Shown in pieces: positions 48,179 through 61,300 of a DNA stretch of 64,000 nucleotides. This DNA comes from Oopsacas minuta (lineage: Eukaryota; Animalia; Porifera). The notes under the pieces are model-generated. The model was not told the origin of the DNA and did not search any database. It saw nothing but the letters and a program-made list of their open reading frames with translations. Both the position numbers and the translations under genes were made by a program. The stretch spans positions 994,131-1,058,130 of the forward strand of contig JAKMXF010000365.1 of NCBI GenBank assembly GCA_024704765.1, given 5' to 3'. Within the stretch, counting starts at the first letter, position 1; each line of letters begins with the position of its first letter.

Positions 48179-49294
48179 ATCGGAAGTATCGAAAGCTGAA
48201 GAAGGTATGGACCGCCTATTTTAACTGGATGCCCAGTTTACTATTATACACAAGTCTATAGCACTTATCGGCATGGTGTCTCCTCTCATATATGAATGAT
48301 TGAACCATGGATAATAAATTTAAAATTTCCCCAAAAAATTATCCTCGAGGCATATAGTGCTAGCATAGGCGTAGCTAGGGGGTTGCTAGGGGTTGCTGAC
48401 AACCCCAGCGCTACTGTCAGCAACTCCTGGATCACTGGGGATGCACGCAATTTCTGTATTATTGGGGTTGCTAGCAACCCCAGTGGTAACCCCAAAGAGG
48501 AAATGCTAGCTACTCCTCTAAGTACCGAGTATAATACCCGGCGCGTATCAACCCAAACCACAAGAAATATAGCTATTTAATACTTAAGCAAACCTGAGGC
48601 ACTAAGCTGTCGCGCTAGTAGTTACATAATATCTCCTACAATATATTTTCAACTTATTTCCTCTGGTTTTTACGTATTCCGGAAAAGAAATACCAGATTG
48701 AGAACCACTGTCCAAATGGTTGAAATACATCAGAAATAAATTCCTAGGGTGCATAGGCGTTACTATGGCTTGCTGGCAATCACAGTAGAAACACCATTAG
48801 TACATATTGCATCCCATGGAGTAGTACATTTTGGCGGACGCCACAAGTCAGGGGAGTGAACAAGGCAAATCCAGTCTTGAACTAACACTGAATACATTTT
48901 TTGACTCATGGAGAGCTTATAATCCTGACTTGAAATTTGGAAATACATTATCTCATGAGTATTATGAAAGTTAGATATTACTAGTATATCAAAATATCCT
49001 GTAATATTCATTAATGGCAGCGTCAAGGTAAGTCCGGGACTCCGGGTAAACTCCTGGTCTGGGCTGACGGAGATTTCCGGGTGCTCAAATGTTTGAATAC
49101 AATGACGCATCTCGAAAGTAACTCCAAAGAGGAAATGCTTGTTACATCTCTGCAAAAGAGGTTAATATTCTGTTGCAGTCTCGATATTGCATGTTGATAT
49201 TAACACTTATAAATTCAGAAATTATTGTGTTTCAGATCATATTCGTCGAATAAATGGAAACGTAAAGTTAGGAGAGACTGTGAGGGTATATATA

Positions 49295-50212
49295 TACTCT
49301 AAGTGGACAAAAGTATTTCAACACACAAATATATTGTCATCAATTGTATACTCTTTCCCGCTCCTATATATTGTGTACTCTATATTCGTAGCTGCTATCT
49401 AGTAATTTGTATAGAATAACATATGTTTTTCAAGAATTTCAAAAACATATTTTCGATTTACGCTTTTTGAAGGTGTTAATTATTAATAATTATTAGATAA
49501 TTATTGATAATCAAATATGTGGTAATTCAAAGCCTATTAAGAATCTATAATGTCTGACTTGATATTTGAATTCTACGTAGGTGAGTTACCCCAGATTGAA
49601 ATTTCCAATCGGATTGAACAAATTTACTAAAGTTATAGAAGAATTTCAATTTGTCCTACTTGTGCCACTTTTTGAAAAAAGTGGCACAGGTGGCAGGAAA
49701 AAGCGCCACTACAAGGAAAGCAACTAGGGCTAGGAGGAATAACTCGAAGTAATATTTTCGAATGATATGACTATGCTAACCCTTGAATTCCATAATTACC
49801 TCTTGGTAGCGGCCACTTGTGCCACCTTGGGCAAAGGGTGGCACAAATGGCACAAATTGAAATTTATCTATATCTCTGGTAAAAATTGTTCAATCCGATT
49901 GGAAATTTCAATCTGGGGTAACTCACCTACGTAGAATTCAAATATCAAGTCAGAAATTATAGATTCTTAATAGGCTTTGAATTACCACATATTTGATTAT
50001 CAATAATTATCTAATAATTATTAATAATTAACACCTTCAAAAAGCGTAAATCGAAAATATGTTTTTGAAATTCTTGAAAAACATATGTTATTCTATACAA
50101 ATTACTAGATAGCAGCTACGAATATAGAGTACACAATATATAGGAGCGGGAAAGAGTATACAATTGATGACAATATATTTGTGTGTTGAAATACTTTTGT
50201 CCACTTAGAGTA
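49295..50212. mobile_element. Tc1/mariner-derived non-autonomous element with ~400-bp inverted arms, inserted in (TA)n
   Basis: 49297-49694 vs 49811-50210 are reverse complements. The terminus CTCTAAGTGGACAAAAGTATTTCAACAC resembles Tc1 TIRs, and both sides are flanked by TA runs. Confidence 0.8.
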
Positions 50213-50733
50213 TATATATGTAGGCGACCGTCAAATACCAGGTCCTTGACGCTATCACTACTCTAGAACTTTTTAATCATATTCTCTAACTCACAAAGTA
50301 TATTATTGACATTATTTTCATATGTCTACAGTGTAGCCTCGTTAATACGTACACCAACGAGTGATCAAAATTATTTGCTTCATCCACAGTTCGTATTAGC
50401 CATAATAGCAATCGGATAACCATTATATGTTCGTTTACCCTGGTAAATAGTATTACCCTTGTTTTGTTAACGAGGTCCCTCTATTTATGCTTAGAGCACG
50501 ATGTACGTATAGTATTTCTTTTGTTTTATGTTATTTAGGCCGAGGAGTAGAATGTATAATCCGTCAGCTGGAGGAATATGATGTGAACCCTTTACCCAAG
50601 ATGCCTGGATTGGTGCTTTTATGGACAAGGATTCCTCTCAGCCGGCCTTTTCTGAAAGAAACATACTCATTAAATACATAAATGAGCTTGCATCTCAAAG
50701 TCTGTACTTTGGGTCCTCAATCATTGCAAAATT

Positions 50734-50785
50734 GAAGCAGTTGTTTATCTAAATCCTCTCTGGTATTTAGATAAACAACTGCTTC
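50734..50785. other. Perfect hairpin, 21-bp stem and 10-nt loop
   Basis: gaagcagttgtttatctaaat-cctctctggt-atttagataaacaactgcttc. Confidence 0.9.
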
Positions 50786-52274
50786 TACCAACTTGGATTG
50801 ATTTATGTAATTACTGTTTACAAGTAAGCTATGCTTCCTTGTGCTACGCGGTTGCGGACACTGTCTCCACAATAGGCGCCTAGGTTACTCCTAATCAACT
50901 GATAATTTGTGTTATGTATTACCAAGTAACCTATGCATATTTTGAAAGTCACTCTCTATTCGAATATTCACGATATGCTATTCACAACTTCATATTCGAA
51001 TTTCGCATTCTTACCTCTGTAGCCGTTAAAAGTATACGAACTTTTTTGAATTTGTTTATTTTTGTACATATACAACAACAAAATATTAATCATATTCGGA
51101 CCCAGCAGACTCGATTACCCCAGTACACGCGTTGAAAGCATGATTCTAAGACCCTTTTGAAATTTGTTTACTTTATGTACGTAAACAACAACAAATATTG
51201 ATCATATGATGCTGAAAATATCATATTCGGACTCAGCATACTCGATTACCCCATTATAGCTTTAGAAGTATGATTCTAAGACCCTTTTCAATTCTTGTAT
51301 TTCCCTTATGTACGTATGTAAATAAAAACAAACAAATATGAATTATGTGAAAATGTGTGATTATTTTCTTTAGATATTTAAATTGTTTCTAGAAACGTCA
51401 TTCTCCACCCCTCGTACTAAATTTCAAGTCTGTATCTCTTACCAGTTCCTCAATCAATTCGGACAAATCCAATCATTGAGTTTAATATATAAGATTTCTG
51501 TTATGTATCATTTGTTGATCATAATGTGAACTTAACACCTATGTACTATTATAATGCGGAAAATGTATGAAATAAGACAAATGTCTGTATGATACGAATA
51601 TATACCCTATAATACTTTATTATATCGAGTTATGATGATTATAACAAGTAGGTTACATATTCGTTAAATTTCATTTCTGTTGGTGTCGTGGATCCCTGGT
51701 CCAATATCCATAACCAGTTGTGAGGTCTTATGTATAGTAGGCTCTGCTCTGATAAATGTTAAAAGTTCAGAGATTAAGAAACTCTATAAATTAAGCCATG
51801 TAAGTTATTATTTTTGTTTCTCATTCCCGCCTGTCGGAAAGATTTTATTTGTATTATTCCCAATTTATGGATAATTCTTTAGTCACAGAGTGTGCAATCC
51901 ACATTTTACTACTTGTTTAGTTGAAAAATTCAATATTTTAATCCCAGAAAGAATGTGGCGACATAATCGAAGGGTCAATATATTTCATATATTAACTGGC
52001 GTATACAAAATATATTATTTGTTTCTCATCTGAAATGTTTTCGGAGATTAGCACGGCGGGCGGTATTTTATTTTTATTTTTTATACGCTAGATATGAAAT
52101 ATTTTGACCCCTCGATTATCTCGTCACATTCTCTTTAATAGTTATGAACTTGGCATTAATAATTTTGAATTTCTCAACTATGTAACTAGTAAAACGTGGA
52201 TTGTCCGAAAGATTTATCCATAAATTTGGAAAATACAAATGTTCTTTCCAGACGAGGGACAATTATTGGAATCT

Positions 52275-52310
52275 CTTCGTAAACCGGCACCGCGGTGCCA
52301 GTTTACGAAG
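52275..52310. other. GC-rich 36-bp near-perfect palindrome
   Basis: cttcgtaaac-c-ggcacc-gc-ggtgcc-a-gtttacgaag. Confidence 0.85.
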
Positions 52311-52502
52311 AAATTCCGGATGAGAAACAAGTAATTAATTTTACACGGCTTTATGGATATATTTTTGATAAAACGTTCGTTCTGTCTACAATAATTTATT
52401 ATCAAATCAGGGAGCTAGAGAGCTGTCACTGCATCTTCAGAAGATTAGTCGACAATCACAAACTCGCCACCTACCATCATCGTCATTGAGGAAGTTCTCT
52501 TG

Positions 52503-52780
52503 CTAGGTGATGAAGTACTCTAATTCAATGACCTCATTCTCCAGGGGAAATAACTCGTGTTGCAGATCCAATTTCACATTCTTGATCTCTCCCCCTATAC
52601 GGCTGTCCCTATGATATTTCTTCATTTTATTGCTTCTCCTTAGTACTTTTATAGCTGTCCTCTCGTCTTCAGAATATTTCTCAATTTTCAGTATCTCATT
52701 CAAATCCTTAATATCCATTTGAGTGATTTCGTCTTCAGTAAAGTAGTTATGTAGCTTACCATTTTGCTTTGCTTTTTTGC
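52503..52780 (-). pseudogene. Divergent Maf-like bZIP fragment (extended homology and basic regions, short zipper)
   Basis: YFTEDEITQMDIKDLNEIL...ERTAIKVLRRSNKMKKYHRDSR parallels Maf FSDDQLVSMSVRELN...LKQRRRTLKNRGYAQSCR. No in-frame ATG upstream of the EHR, so it is either a pseudogene or has an unrecognised 5' exon. Confidence 0.6.
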
Positions 52781-54609
52781 TCGATTCTTGTATGAAGATT
52801 ATAATTGTATTATATTTTCAGTCCAAAAATTACGTAGTTAGGAATGTACGTTGAAACTAGCCACAGGCAAGCAACAAGATTATTCCAATACATTGTAGTG
52901 AAACAATTACTATATCAATTGCATTTCAAGGCCTCTAAATTCAAATCAATTGGAAAAAGGACAATTGAACAGATGATCAGCTCGCGAAAGTGCGTTCAAT
53001 AATTAAATAAATATATTTATTTTTATTTTTGCTTTGTTATTTCTGAAAATATTATTGATTATATTTGAGTTTATGATTGAGTTAGATTTTTTTCTCAGAA
53101 AAAAATACATATTTTATGAAATATTATTCAAATATCCGTATGGATAGTATTGAAATCAAGAATTCTATTCACGAAATCACAGGATAGGGGTTTAACACTA
53201 ACACGGTAAGTTTTCCAATTTCTAAGAGTATTTGAAAATCACAGACCAGAATCAATCACAAAAATTAAAGATTACACAGAAATGGCTACTCTTCATTAGT
53301 ACAAATTAAATAAGAAAAATCTAGAAATTCATAGGCAGTGCCCCCCCGTTTATTCGGCCTCCTAGAGTACTTGAATATAACCACAAAATTATTTAATTAA
53401 TTTTGTAGGCCATTAAATATATCCTAAGTAAATTTACTGGCATAATGTAAAACTCTAGTTTGTTGGGTGGAATAATCTACCTAATCATTCTATACTATAA
53501 TTATATTAATAATGGATTAATTATATTTATACTAGGAAAACAGTTAATTAATCAATTCACTTAATTAACACATGAATGAGATGGATAATCAATTCCTAAA
53601 TTGGAACAATCTAAAATTCATTAACATGTCTGCAATCAGCGTACGTAGTCTTAGACAACGTGCTTTGTGTGCAATCGCCAAAAGGATTATTTGATTTACG
53701 GAGAAATAATTATATTTTTCCTGGACTACCATCGTCAAATTCATGGATTTTATGTTCAAAAATCAAAAACAATATTTTAAATAATCCATTTATTTCACCG
53801 TAAGATGTCCAGAAAAATCGTCATTATTCTGAAAGCAATATAACCTCTGGATATGAAGACTCGTACTTGTCCGAGCCAGGCCCAAAATACCCCTGTATGC
53901 CAAAAATCAGCCGTGGGTCCTCCAGTTTCTTCAATCAACTCTGGACATACATACATAATTATACATAGATTAATTGCGTTTTAACTGATTCTTTTTTTAC
54001 CCTAAAAAAGAACAATCCACAAACTTTGAGGGTTAATTTAACTTTTATGATATTTATACATATCGCCTCTCTTTTTATTCGTTGCTTGGTTACTTTCCTA
54101 TCTGTGTTATGTAGTAGTCTATATCCGATCCAGATTTTAATCCCCGATTCCAACCGTACTAGCCAATTCAATAACCACAATCAAATAATGAAACAATTTT
54201 CTTAGTGACAAGACTTTTACTAATCTATGTCTATTGAGAAACATTAGTAATAATAAAGCATTATACATAGGATATTAGTATCAGATAATTATTAGTTATA
54301 AGCAATATTTCAACCGATCGAATCGAATATCACTATTCATGAATAGCTTCCTAACCAATATTGATACCACTACTGACGATATTTGGATTCGATTACTCTA
54401 ACGGTCTAACCGATTGCATAATATTGTGGATATCGATTATAGGAACACCCGGCACTCTTGGGAGTAGTAAAATATGTTTTTAAACCGATGTATTCGTATC
54501 CCCTGGTTAAATAATACAAGGAGGGAGTATATCAGATTTACATAGCATTTTCATTGAAACCTGCTAAAATGCAGCCAGTGTGCACAATTTTAAGTTAATC
54601 CAATTTATA

Positions 54610-54790
54610 TGTCGATATTCGTCATCAGCGTAAAGTTTCCGTCGTTGAGGTGATCACTTGATTTGGAGATATTATTTCCCTAGCAACCCAAGAAAGCCTC
54701 AGGAATGTGACAACATTACATTCTCAAAATTTAGCAAATATGGCTCCTCGTTCGACGGTACTAGGCAAGCTGAGTCTAGTTATACATATA
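54610..54790. repeat. Repeat family flanking the protease gene; copies at ~58360-58470 (direct) and ~58810-58950 (inverted)
   Basis: Shared ccctagcaac.caagaa...gtgacaacatt.cattctcaaaattt and cagcgtaaagttt blocks. Confidence 0.7.
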
Positions 54791-55199
54791 TCAACCCTCT
54801 CTATATCGTCATATGACTCGATTGCTGGGATTTTTCTCATATTATTGCTCTCTCTACCTTATAGTCAGAGCAGTTAACGCTGAAACCCTGACAAGTCCGG
54901 TAAAAGCACCAAATTTGGTTTAGATTACACTAGGATGTGCTTGAACTTTTAGAAGGGGAGCCATTCATTGAAGTTCAGGAGTTTGATGCACACTCGGTTT
55001 TATGTGCCACTTTGGACACATTTTGAAAGTGTTTAAATGCATATAACCCATCCAGTTTCAATCGAAATGAATTTTGGTCGATATTCATAATAATTTACTA
55101 CCTACATAATACAGTATCAATTAGCACTGTTATACTATAGCTAGAACCTAGAATACTAAATTGTTAGTTGTTAGAAGAGCGAGCAGTTTGTAGCAAGGT

Positions 55200-57693
55200 T
55201 TATACTTTATTGTAAAAGATAATTGCTTCCTTATTAGGCGTGAAGTCGAATTCAATGTAATACTTATAGAAGAATGAAACTCCAAAAATAAAGTCTGGTG
55301 AATTCATTCCTAACGGATTGAGATAGATTGTTGAGTAACACTCTTTTCCTAACAGAATGATATAATATTCTGGTTCCAAAGTAATCCTTTGTATACCAAA
55401 CATTATTTCAATAGTTGGAGCGATACTTCTTGATTTACATGGTACCCTATTTTCACTATCAGGATCTAAATAGAATTACAATTTCAAACAAACATACAGT
55501 TATTAATCCTGAATCGCACGAATAGTATAATTTCGCAGTTCAGAAATATAAGATCTGAGTGTATTGTGGGAAGTGGTGAAAACAGAAGAAATCCATTTAT
55601 GAATTTCTATCCTTGAGATTCATATATAAAGATCAGCTGAATTATACTAATTTTTGAACCAAATGGATGGGTATAAGCTACCAATCAAACAGTACAGTGG
55701 TTATACTTATGGCAAATAAGAACACCTTTGAAACTTGGAAGTAGCAACATATGTTCTTATAAGCGAAACCAACTGTACAACTTTCTATTCCAATTCAACT
55801 TACGAATAATAGCGTTTATTTCATCCACCAATGCTTTAGGTGAGTAAACTGCAGGTGCCCCTGAATCAACTTCTACTGTGCATGGGCCTATTCCATTCAT
55901 GCAGAACACATCACCGTTTACACTAATACTTGTCATCTTGATTATAGTTAGACCACCTGGTAACATATCGACCGAAACAGCGCTATTGGGCTTTATAACT
56001 TTATCCATGCGACCGCCGAATGTAATCTCTCCTCCAACCTTCTTATTTGGTCCTGGTTGCAGATAAAGTGAGTACACTGGGCGCGTAATAAGATTCTGTT
56101 GAATCATGAAGTAGATCGCTGAAGGATGAGGATCTTTTATACCCATGTTTAAACCTATATACAGGATATATATATATGATGATAAATTCTTATCAGAGTT
56201 GCATCCGCGGGCCTTAATGTCTGCAGTTAGGAGTGAACCTACCCCGCAAAAGTCCAACTAAATACAAAATATGCGAAAAATTATCATAATCATATCTTGA
56301 ACTAGCTAGTTAATATACACATAACCTCCCTATAAGAAATACACTGAAGAGCAAACAGTACTTAACTTACCTATTACACCATCGTTGCCATTTTGAGCTC
56401 TAGAAAGGTCAGAAGCTGCTCCAAACTGCATGTCATGTACAGTAATTACATCTGTTATATGAACTTCATCGTGTACTAAATCACCTGATACATGCTCACC
56501 AAAATAGTCTATTTTGAAGCTTTTGTATTTCTGTTTTATATTTACAACGTATTTTGGATGTCCCGCACAATTTGGATTTTTACTATCCAAGCACTTATCT
56601 CCGAATACCCAAAATAGATCAGATCCTGTGTCTAACTGCACCTAAGTATGTATAACTATTGTTAATATTCATTTAAGAATTCTTAAGATCGAAAATTTGA
56701 TACAAGTGTAAATCTCAAATCACCATCTGTGCCAGACTTAAATTTACCAAATTAATTTTCGTGGATTATTGGAATTATACTATTCTACTAAATATCCATT
56801 TTAGCAAAGAAAGATAAAAATAGAATTTTAATAATCTTGTTAGACATTTAAAAATGTTAAAATCGAATTTTACGTCCCTGTTTACCTCTATTTAACAAGT
56901 GGAAGCTAATCTTTAGGATAAATTTTGAAATCTTCACCAAAGTTGTGAAATATGATTAATCATATGATAAATCAGTGTATATAGTATATTTAATGGGATG
57001 TATTGACCAATAGAATTGCAGTCTACGGTAAATACAAATACATTACAGTGCTAATTAAATTACAAACACTCCACCAGTACTAATTTTATGCATTATGGCT
57101 AATTATAAAAGCCTACAATCTGATTGGGCTAAAATACAGAGGTGTCAAAAGGTGTGAAAATATACACATTAGAAAATTTCAAATGGCAGGCCCACAACTA
57201 GATGTCACTACGAGTATACATGCCAAATTTGGCGTCTTAATCTCAAAAGGTGTGAACAGCAGAGCGAAAACACTTTGTTGATTATAAATTGGTGTATTTC
57301 TAATGTATACTTTTTGTGGCATTCTTAAAGTATCATTGTTTCGAAATGAAGCTATAATAACTGAATACAGTAAATACATCTACTGAATTGTTGTAGAAAT
57401 ACCTTACATGCAATTCTAATGTAACTCACATTGAATATTTGTTTGGCGATTACTACTTGCATCAAATACGCCAGTCCATCTTGTATTCTTTGAGCATGAG
57501 CATCATCAACAATCGCTAAGTCTACTTCACACTTGCTCTGATTAGACATCAATTTACAGTCCCAATCTCGGGGATGGATTACTTCTAAAGGCACAGAGAA
57601 TTGTTTGGAATTCTCTTCTACTCCTGGTTTTGAGGCCACGTATCCCAGGGATAACGTCACCATGATACAGAGTAAGCACACACAAGTATACAT
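55200..57693 (-). CDS. Secreted pepsin-family (A1) aspartic protease, 4 exons (57693-57430, 56641-56371, 56154-55804, 55465-55200)
   Basis: Signal peptide, VQLDTGSDLFWV, C..C..H..Y, flap Tyr (IDYFG), DGVIGL, GGEITFGG, VDSGAP, FIFG...YYIEFD. GT-AG junctions are phase-consistent (0,1,1). Confidence 0.88.
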
Positions 57694-60600
57694 CTTATTG
57701 AATTCTTTTTCTACTTCTGAGTGATAGTTACACAAATTTTTCCTCGTATTTATCACTCATCCGAAGAATAGATTTGAAAGTGTTTTGGTTAGAGGTTTGA
57801 GTCCATTGATGCAATGAATAGACAATTTGAAAAGTGGTCTCTTGAATAGAAATTTTCATTTTTGCAGGAAAATTCTCGCATCTTTAGATCATATTTGAAC
57901 CATTTATGTGATTTTTGTAATTCTAAAACTTGATTTGGCGTCTCTTTATTACATTCCACAATTTCTATTTACATAGAAATCTCACTTATAATCTAATGTT
58001 TAAACTAAATCATGAGCGTAGAATTTTAATTGTTCAAAGAAAAAGTCGCAGTGAGCACATAATTCTCTTTTCATCTCATAGATAATTCATCGAGAATAAT
58101 ATTTCTCACATTATGTAAACTTAAGCAGTCAGTGATAATCCAATAATTTGAACCTCTAGATTTTGGAATATCGGATCCAAAAAGCGAACATTTCTACAAA
58201 TAAAGATATGGCCATTATACAACAGTTACATTATGGAGCCATTCTAACGTTCCGAAATGCTACATTCCCTAAATTCATTACATAGCAGATACACTACATA
58301 ACTATAATACTACTTATAAGTGAGAGATTTCATGTCGTTCGATAGGTCACTCGAATATGTTTGGGGTTATTTTCCCTAGCTACACAAGAATGTAGCAACA
58401 TTCCATTCTCAAACTTTAACCCTATCGAGTGACCCTTTGTTCAACACCGCTACTAACTGAGTCTAGTTATGTACATATGGACTTTTATGATTTTACCGGC
58501 TCGACCATCGTGGTCAATTTTCTTGATATAATTTACATATTTTACATGATTACACAATGTTATCTTCTGTTTTCTAATAGTACGTAGCTATGAATAGATT
58601 CATTTCCCATATGTTGTAGATCTTATAGCTGTGTATTATTACAATACAGACGCTAACCTTGTGTGTCCATGAAAAATATTTAAGAATAATCAAGAAATTT
58701 GAGAGACAGTGAGGTCGATCTAGTAAAATCGTGATAAAAGATCAATTAGAGTGATTATATGTTCGTAACTACAATCAACACGCCTGGCGGCGTCAAATGG
58801 GTGTCATTCAATATGTTTTGATAAATTTTGAGAATGCAATGTTGTCACATACCTGAGGATTTCTTGCGTTGCTAGGGTAATAATACCTCCAATATGATCA
58901 AGTAACCACTTGGACGACGAAAACTTTACGCTGATTACGAATATCGATATATAAATTGGATTCACTTCAAATTGTGTACGTTTGCTGCATTTTAGCCTAT
59001 TGGAAATGAAAATGCTATGTTTTGTGGTCACAATTTTGGATTAAGAAATTGGTAACATTTGTGTTTGGCGTCGTTAGGGTTAGGTCATAAGCCATCCAAA
59101 AATATGTAGTGTAAAAATCCCCAACGAAATTACAGTAATAACCTGACTATAAGCGATATCCACTGTACTGATATTCGATTGAACTCGAATATTGAAATAT
59201 TCAGTCCCAAGTTCCAACCCTGTTCATAAGTTATCCCGGATTAGAAAATGTAATTGTTAATCCCGATTTGCCTGGATTGTAAGCCCTAAGCACAACAACA
59301 GTCAGGAAAAAGGAATGCAAGATAAACGATAGCTGCTATCCAATTCAGTTGTGCGTCTAGACAAGCTTCCTGATACACGTTACGTTACCATTCAGACCAT
59401 GAGGCCAGAAAGGAACATCGAATAACACTGTTATATCCCTTGAGTGTGAGCAGTGTCTTGCCTAAACCCTCAGGACTATGAAGGGCCTACAAAAGGATTA
59501 AGAACAACGGAACATCGTTAACTAGATAATTAGTTAGAACAGTGTAGCTAAACGCGTCAAATATATTGGATAGGATACCCAAGTAGTTGACTAGCACCCT
59601 ATACAATTACATTGTATATTTTGACTCTCCGTTGTCTGTTTAACGGTATTTCCATAGTGTTATGTGTATTGTATATGATCCGAAGATCTCAATTCCTTCC
59701 GTCAATATATAGTACAGGAAGTGGAGCAGTATAAATATGTCTGGCAGGATTCTTATTATGTTCCTAGCACCTTGTGTGTAAGTTATCTAGGTATAACTGC
59801 ACTAGAATATTGTATCAAACTGTAGGAAAGTGGAGGATAAATAGAAGGTATGTGAATGGATGCAATGCTAGGAATTTGTATCCAAAACTTTCATTTCTCA
59901 TCAACTAAAGTAGTTTCCGAATTGTACCATCAATTTCTCAGTGCTGTAATTTCTTTAGGGAATACATGCTGCCGAATCACAATAAAAATAAGAGTCCAGT
60001 TCGATCTTTCAGACCAACGCCACTAGAAAAACAAGAGAAGAAGTGTTTGAAATCGGTCCGGACGGGGGACAAAATTTGGGACCAGCGGGGATGAGAAACA
60101 AGTATATTACTTTACATGGCCTTATCTAAATATCCTACAATAAGTTATGTCAGTTATGTTGAATACAAATAGAAATAATTACGCAATCAGGTAATTTATT
60201 ATATTTTCTTGTCCTTAATTAATACTAATCATACACAATTAATACAAGCATTTATGAATTTAAGGATTGTTGTAATTTTTCAAGGTAGATGAAACAAATA
60301 ATTAAAGATTGTACTGAGTAGACCTGACATAAATAACAAAGGAAAAGAGGCCTCGTTAATCTTTATTATTACCTCTCAATTGTTGTTTGCTTGTCCGTTG
60401 TCAAGGAAAGGATTTACGGTATGCAATTTTGAAATTGTCACATAACTATGTATTTATCGTGTTTATCAAAGAACTAAATAGAATTGAATGAAACTTCACT
60501 AAATATATTGAACATGCTGAATCCGATTTTCACATTTGTGGATTAATCATATGTAAATTTATCGTTGTTTTATGAATATAAAGTAAACAAATTATTCAAA

Positions 60601-60907
60601 TCTCAAAATATACGTACAGACTTGCTCTCAACAGAAATATATGAGTAATCAAGTACACTGAATATGAATATGATATTTTCAACTACTTATTGAGAATATT
60701 TGTTGTTTTATAGATGTATAAAGTAAGCAATTTTCTTTTGGGAGGTATATTTGTGTAACATACTATTATAAATATTGTCATATTACATAAATCTAATTCA
60801 GTGTATAAATGTATGCATTACAATTAGAAATTTATCCAAGCTAATATTGAGAAATCAAAATAGCAATTTTGCATTAGAACTTTAGATTTGATATAATTAT
60901 AATTGTA

Positions 60908-61300
60908 TTAGCATTGATTTGAATAGAATAATTCTCTTCTGTACCATTCAATCTCTTTGAAAAGTTGAATTTTCAGATTCAGCAAGTCTTTCCTTTCAAT
61001 TCTTAACAATTCTAATTCTATATTATCATATTCTTTGTCACAACGGAGCTTTGTTGCATATTTTTGGGAAGATATTCTGTCTTTTATTCTCTTTCTTAAC
61101 AATCTAATCGCACTCTCTCCTCTCTTATCTAATACATCTACTCTCTTACCTTCTTCTATTAAACTGTTTAACCTTTTCCTATCAATTTCCCTTACTAATT
61201 TATCATTAAGATAAAACTGTATGTTCTCATTAGAAATATAGTCCTTTGTTAGTGTAGGGTTGAGAATCTCTTGGAATATCTTTTCTATTGAATTTTCCAT
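60908..61300 (-). CDS. Small divergent Maf-like bZIP protein, 130 aa
   Basis: EHR-like FYLNDKLVREIDRKRLNSLI, basic region LLRKRIKDRISSQKYATKLR, heptad Leu/Ile zipper. Confidence 0.6.
   Translation of the reverse strand: MENSIEKIFQEILNPTLTKDYISNENIQFYLNDKLVREIDRKRLNSLIEEGKRVDVLDKRGESAIRLLRKRIKDRISSQKYATKLRCDKEYDNIELELLRIERKDLLNLKIQLFKEIEWYRRELFYSNQC

Noticed and set aside
48179-48290. Idea that the hAT split the calmodulin EF1 (rejoined AFDTSNGLLNTLVGTL)
   Set aside because: Similarity to EF1 is weak and needs gaps; not supportable without alignment statistics.
48763-49155. 130-aa ORF
   Set aside because: No recognisable domain; overlaps repeat-like ccggga motifs.
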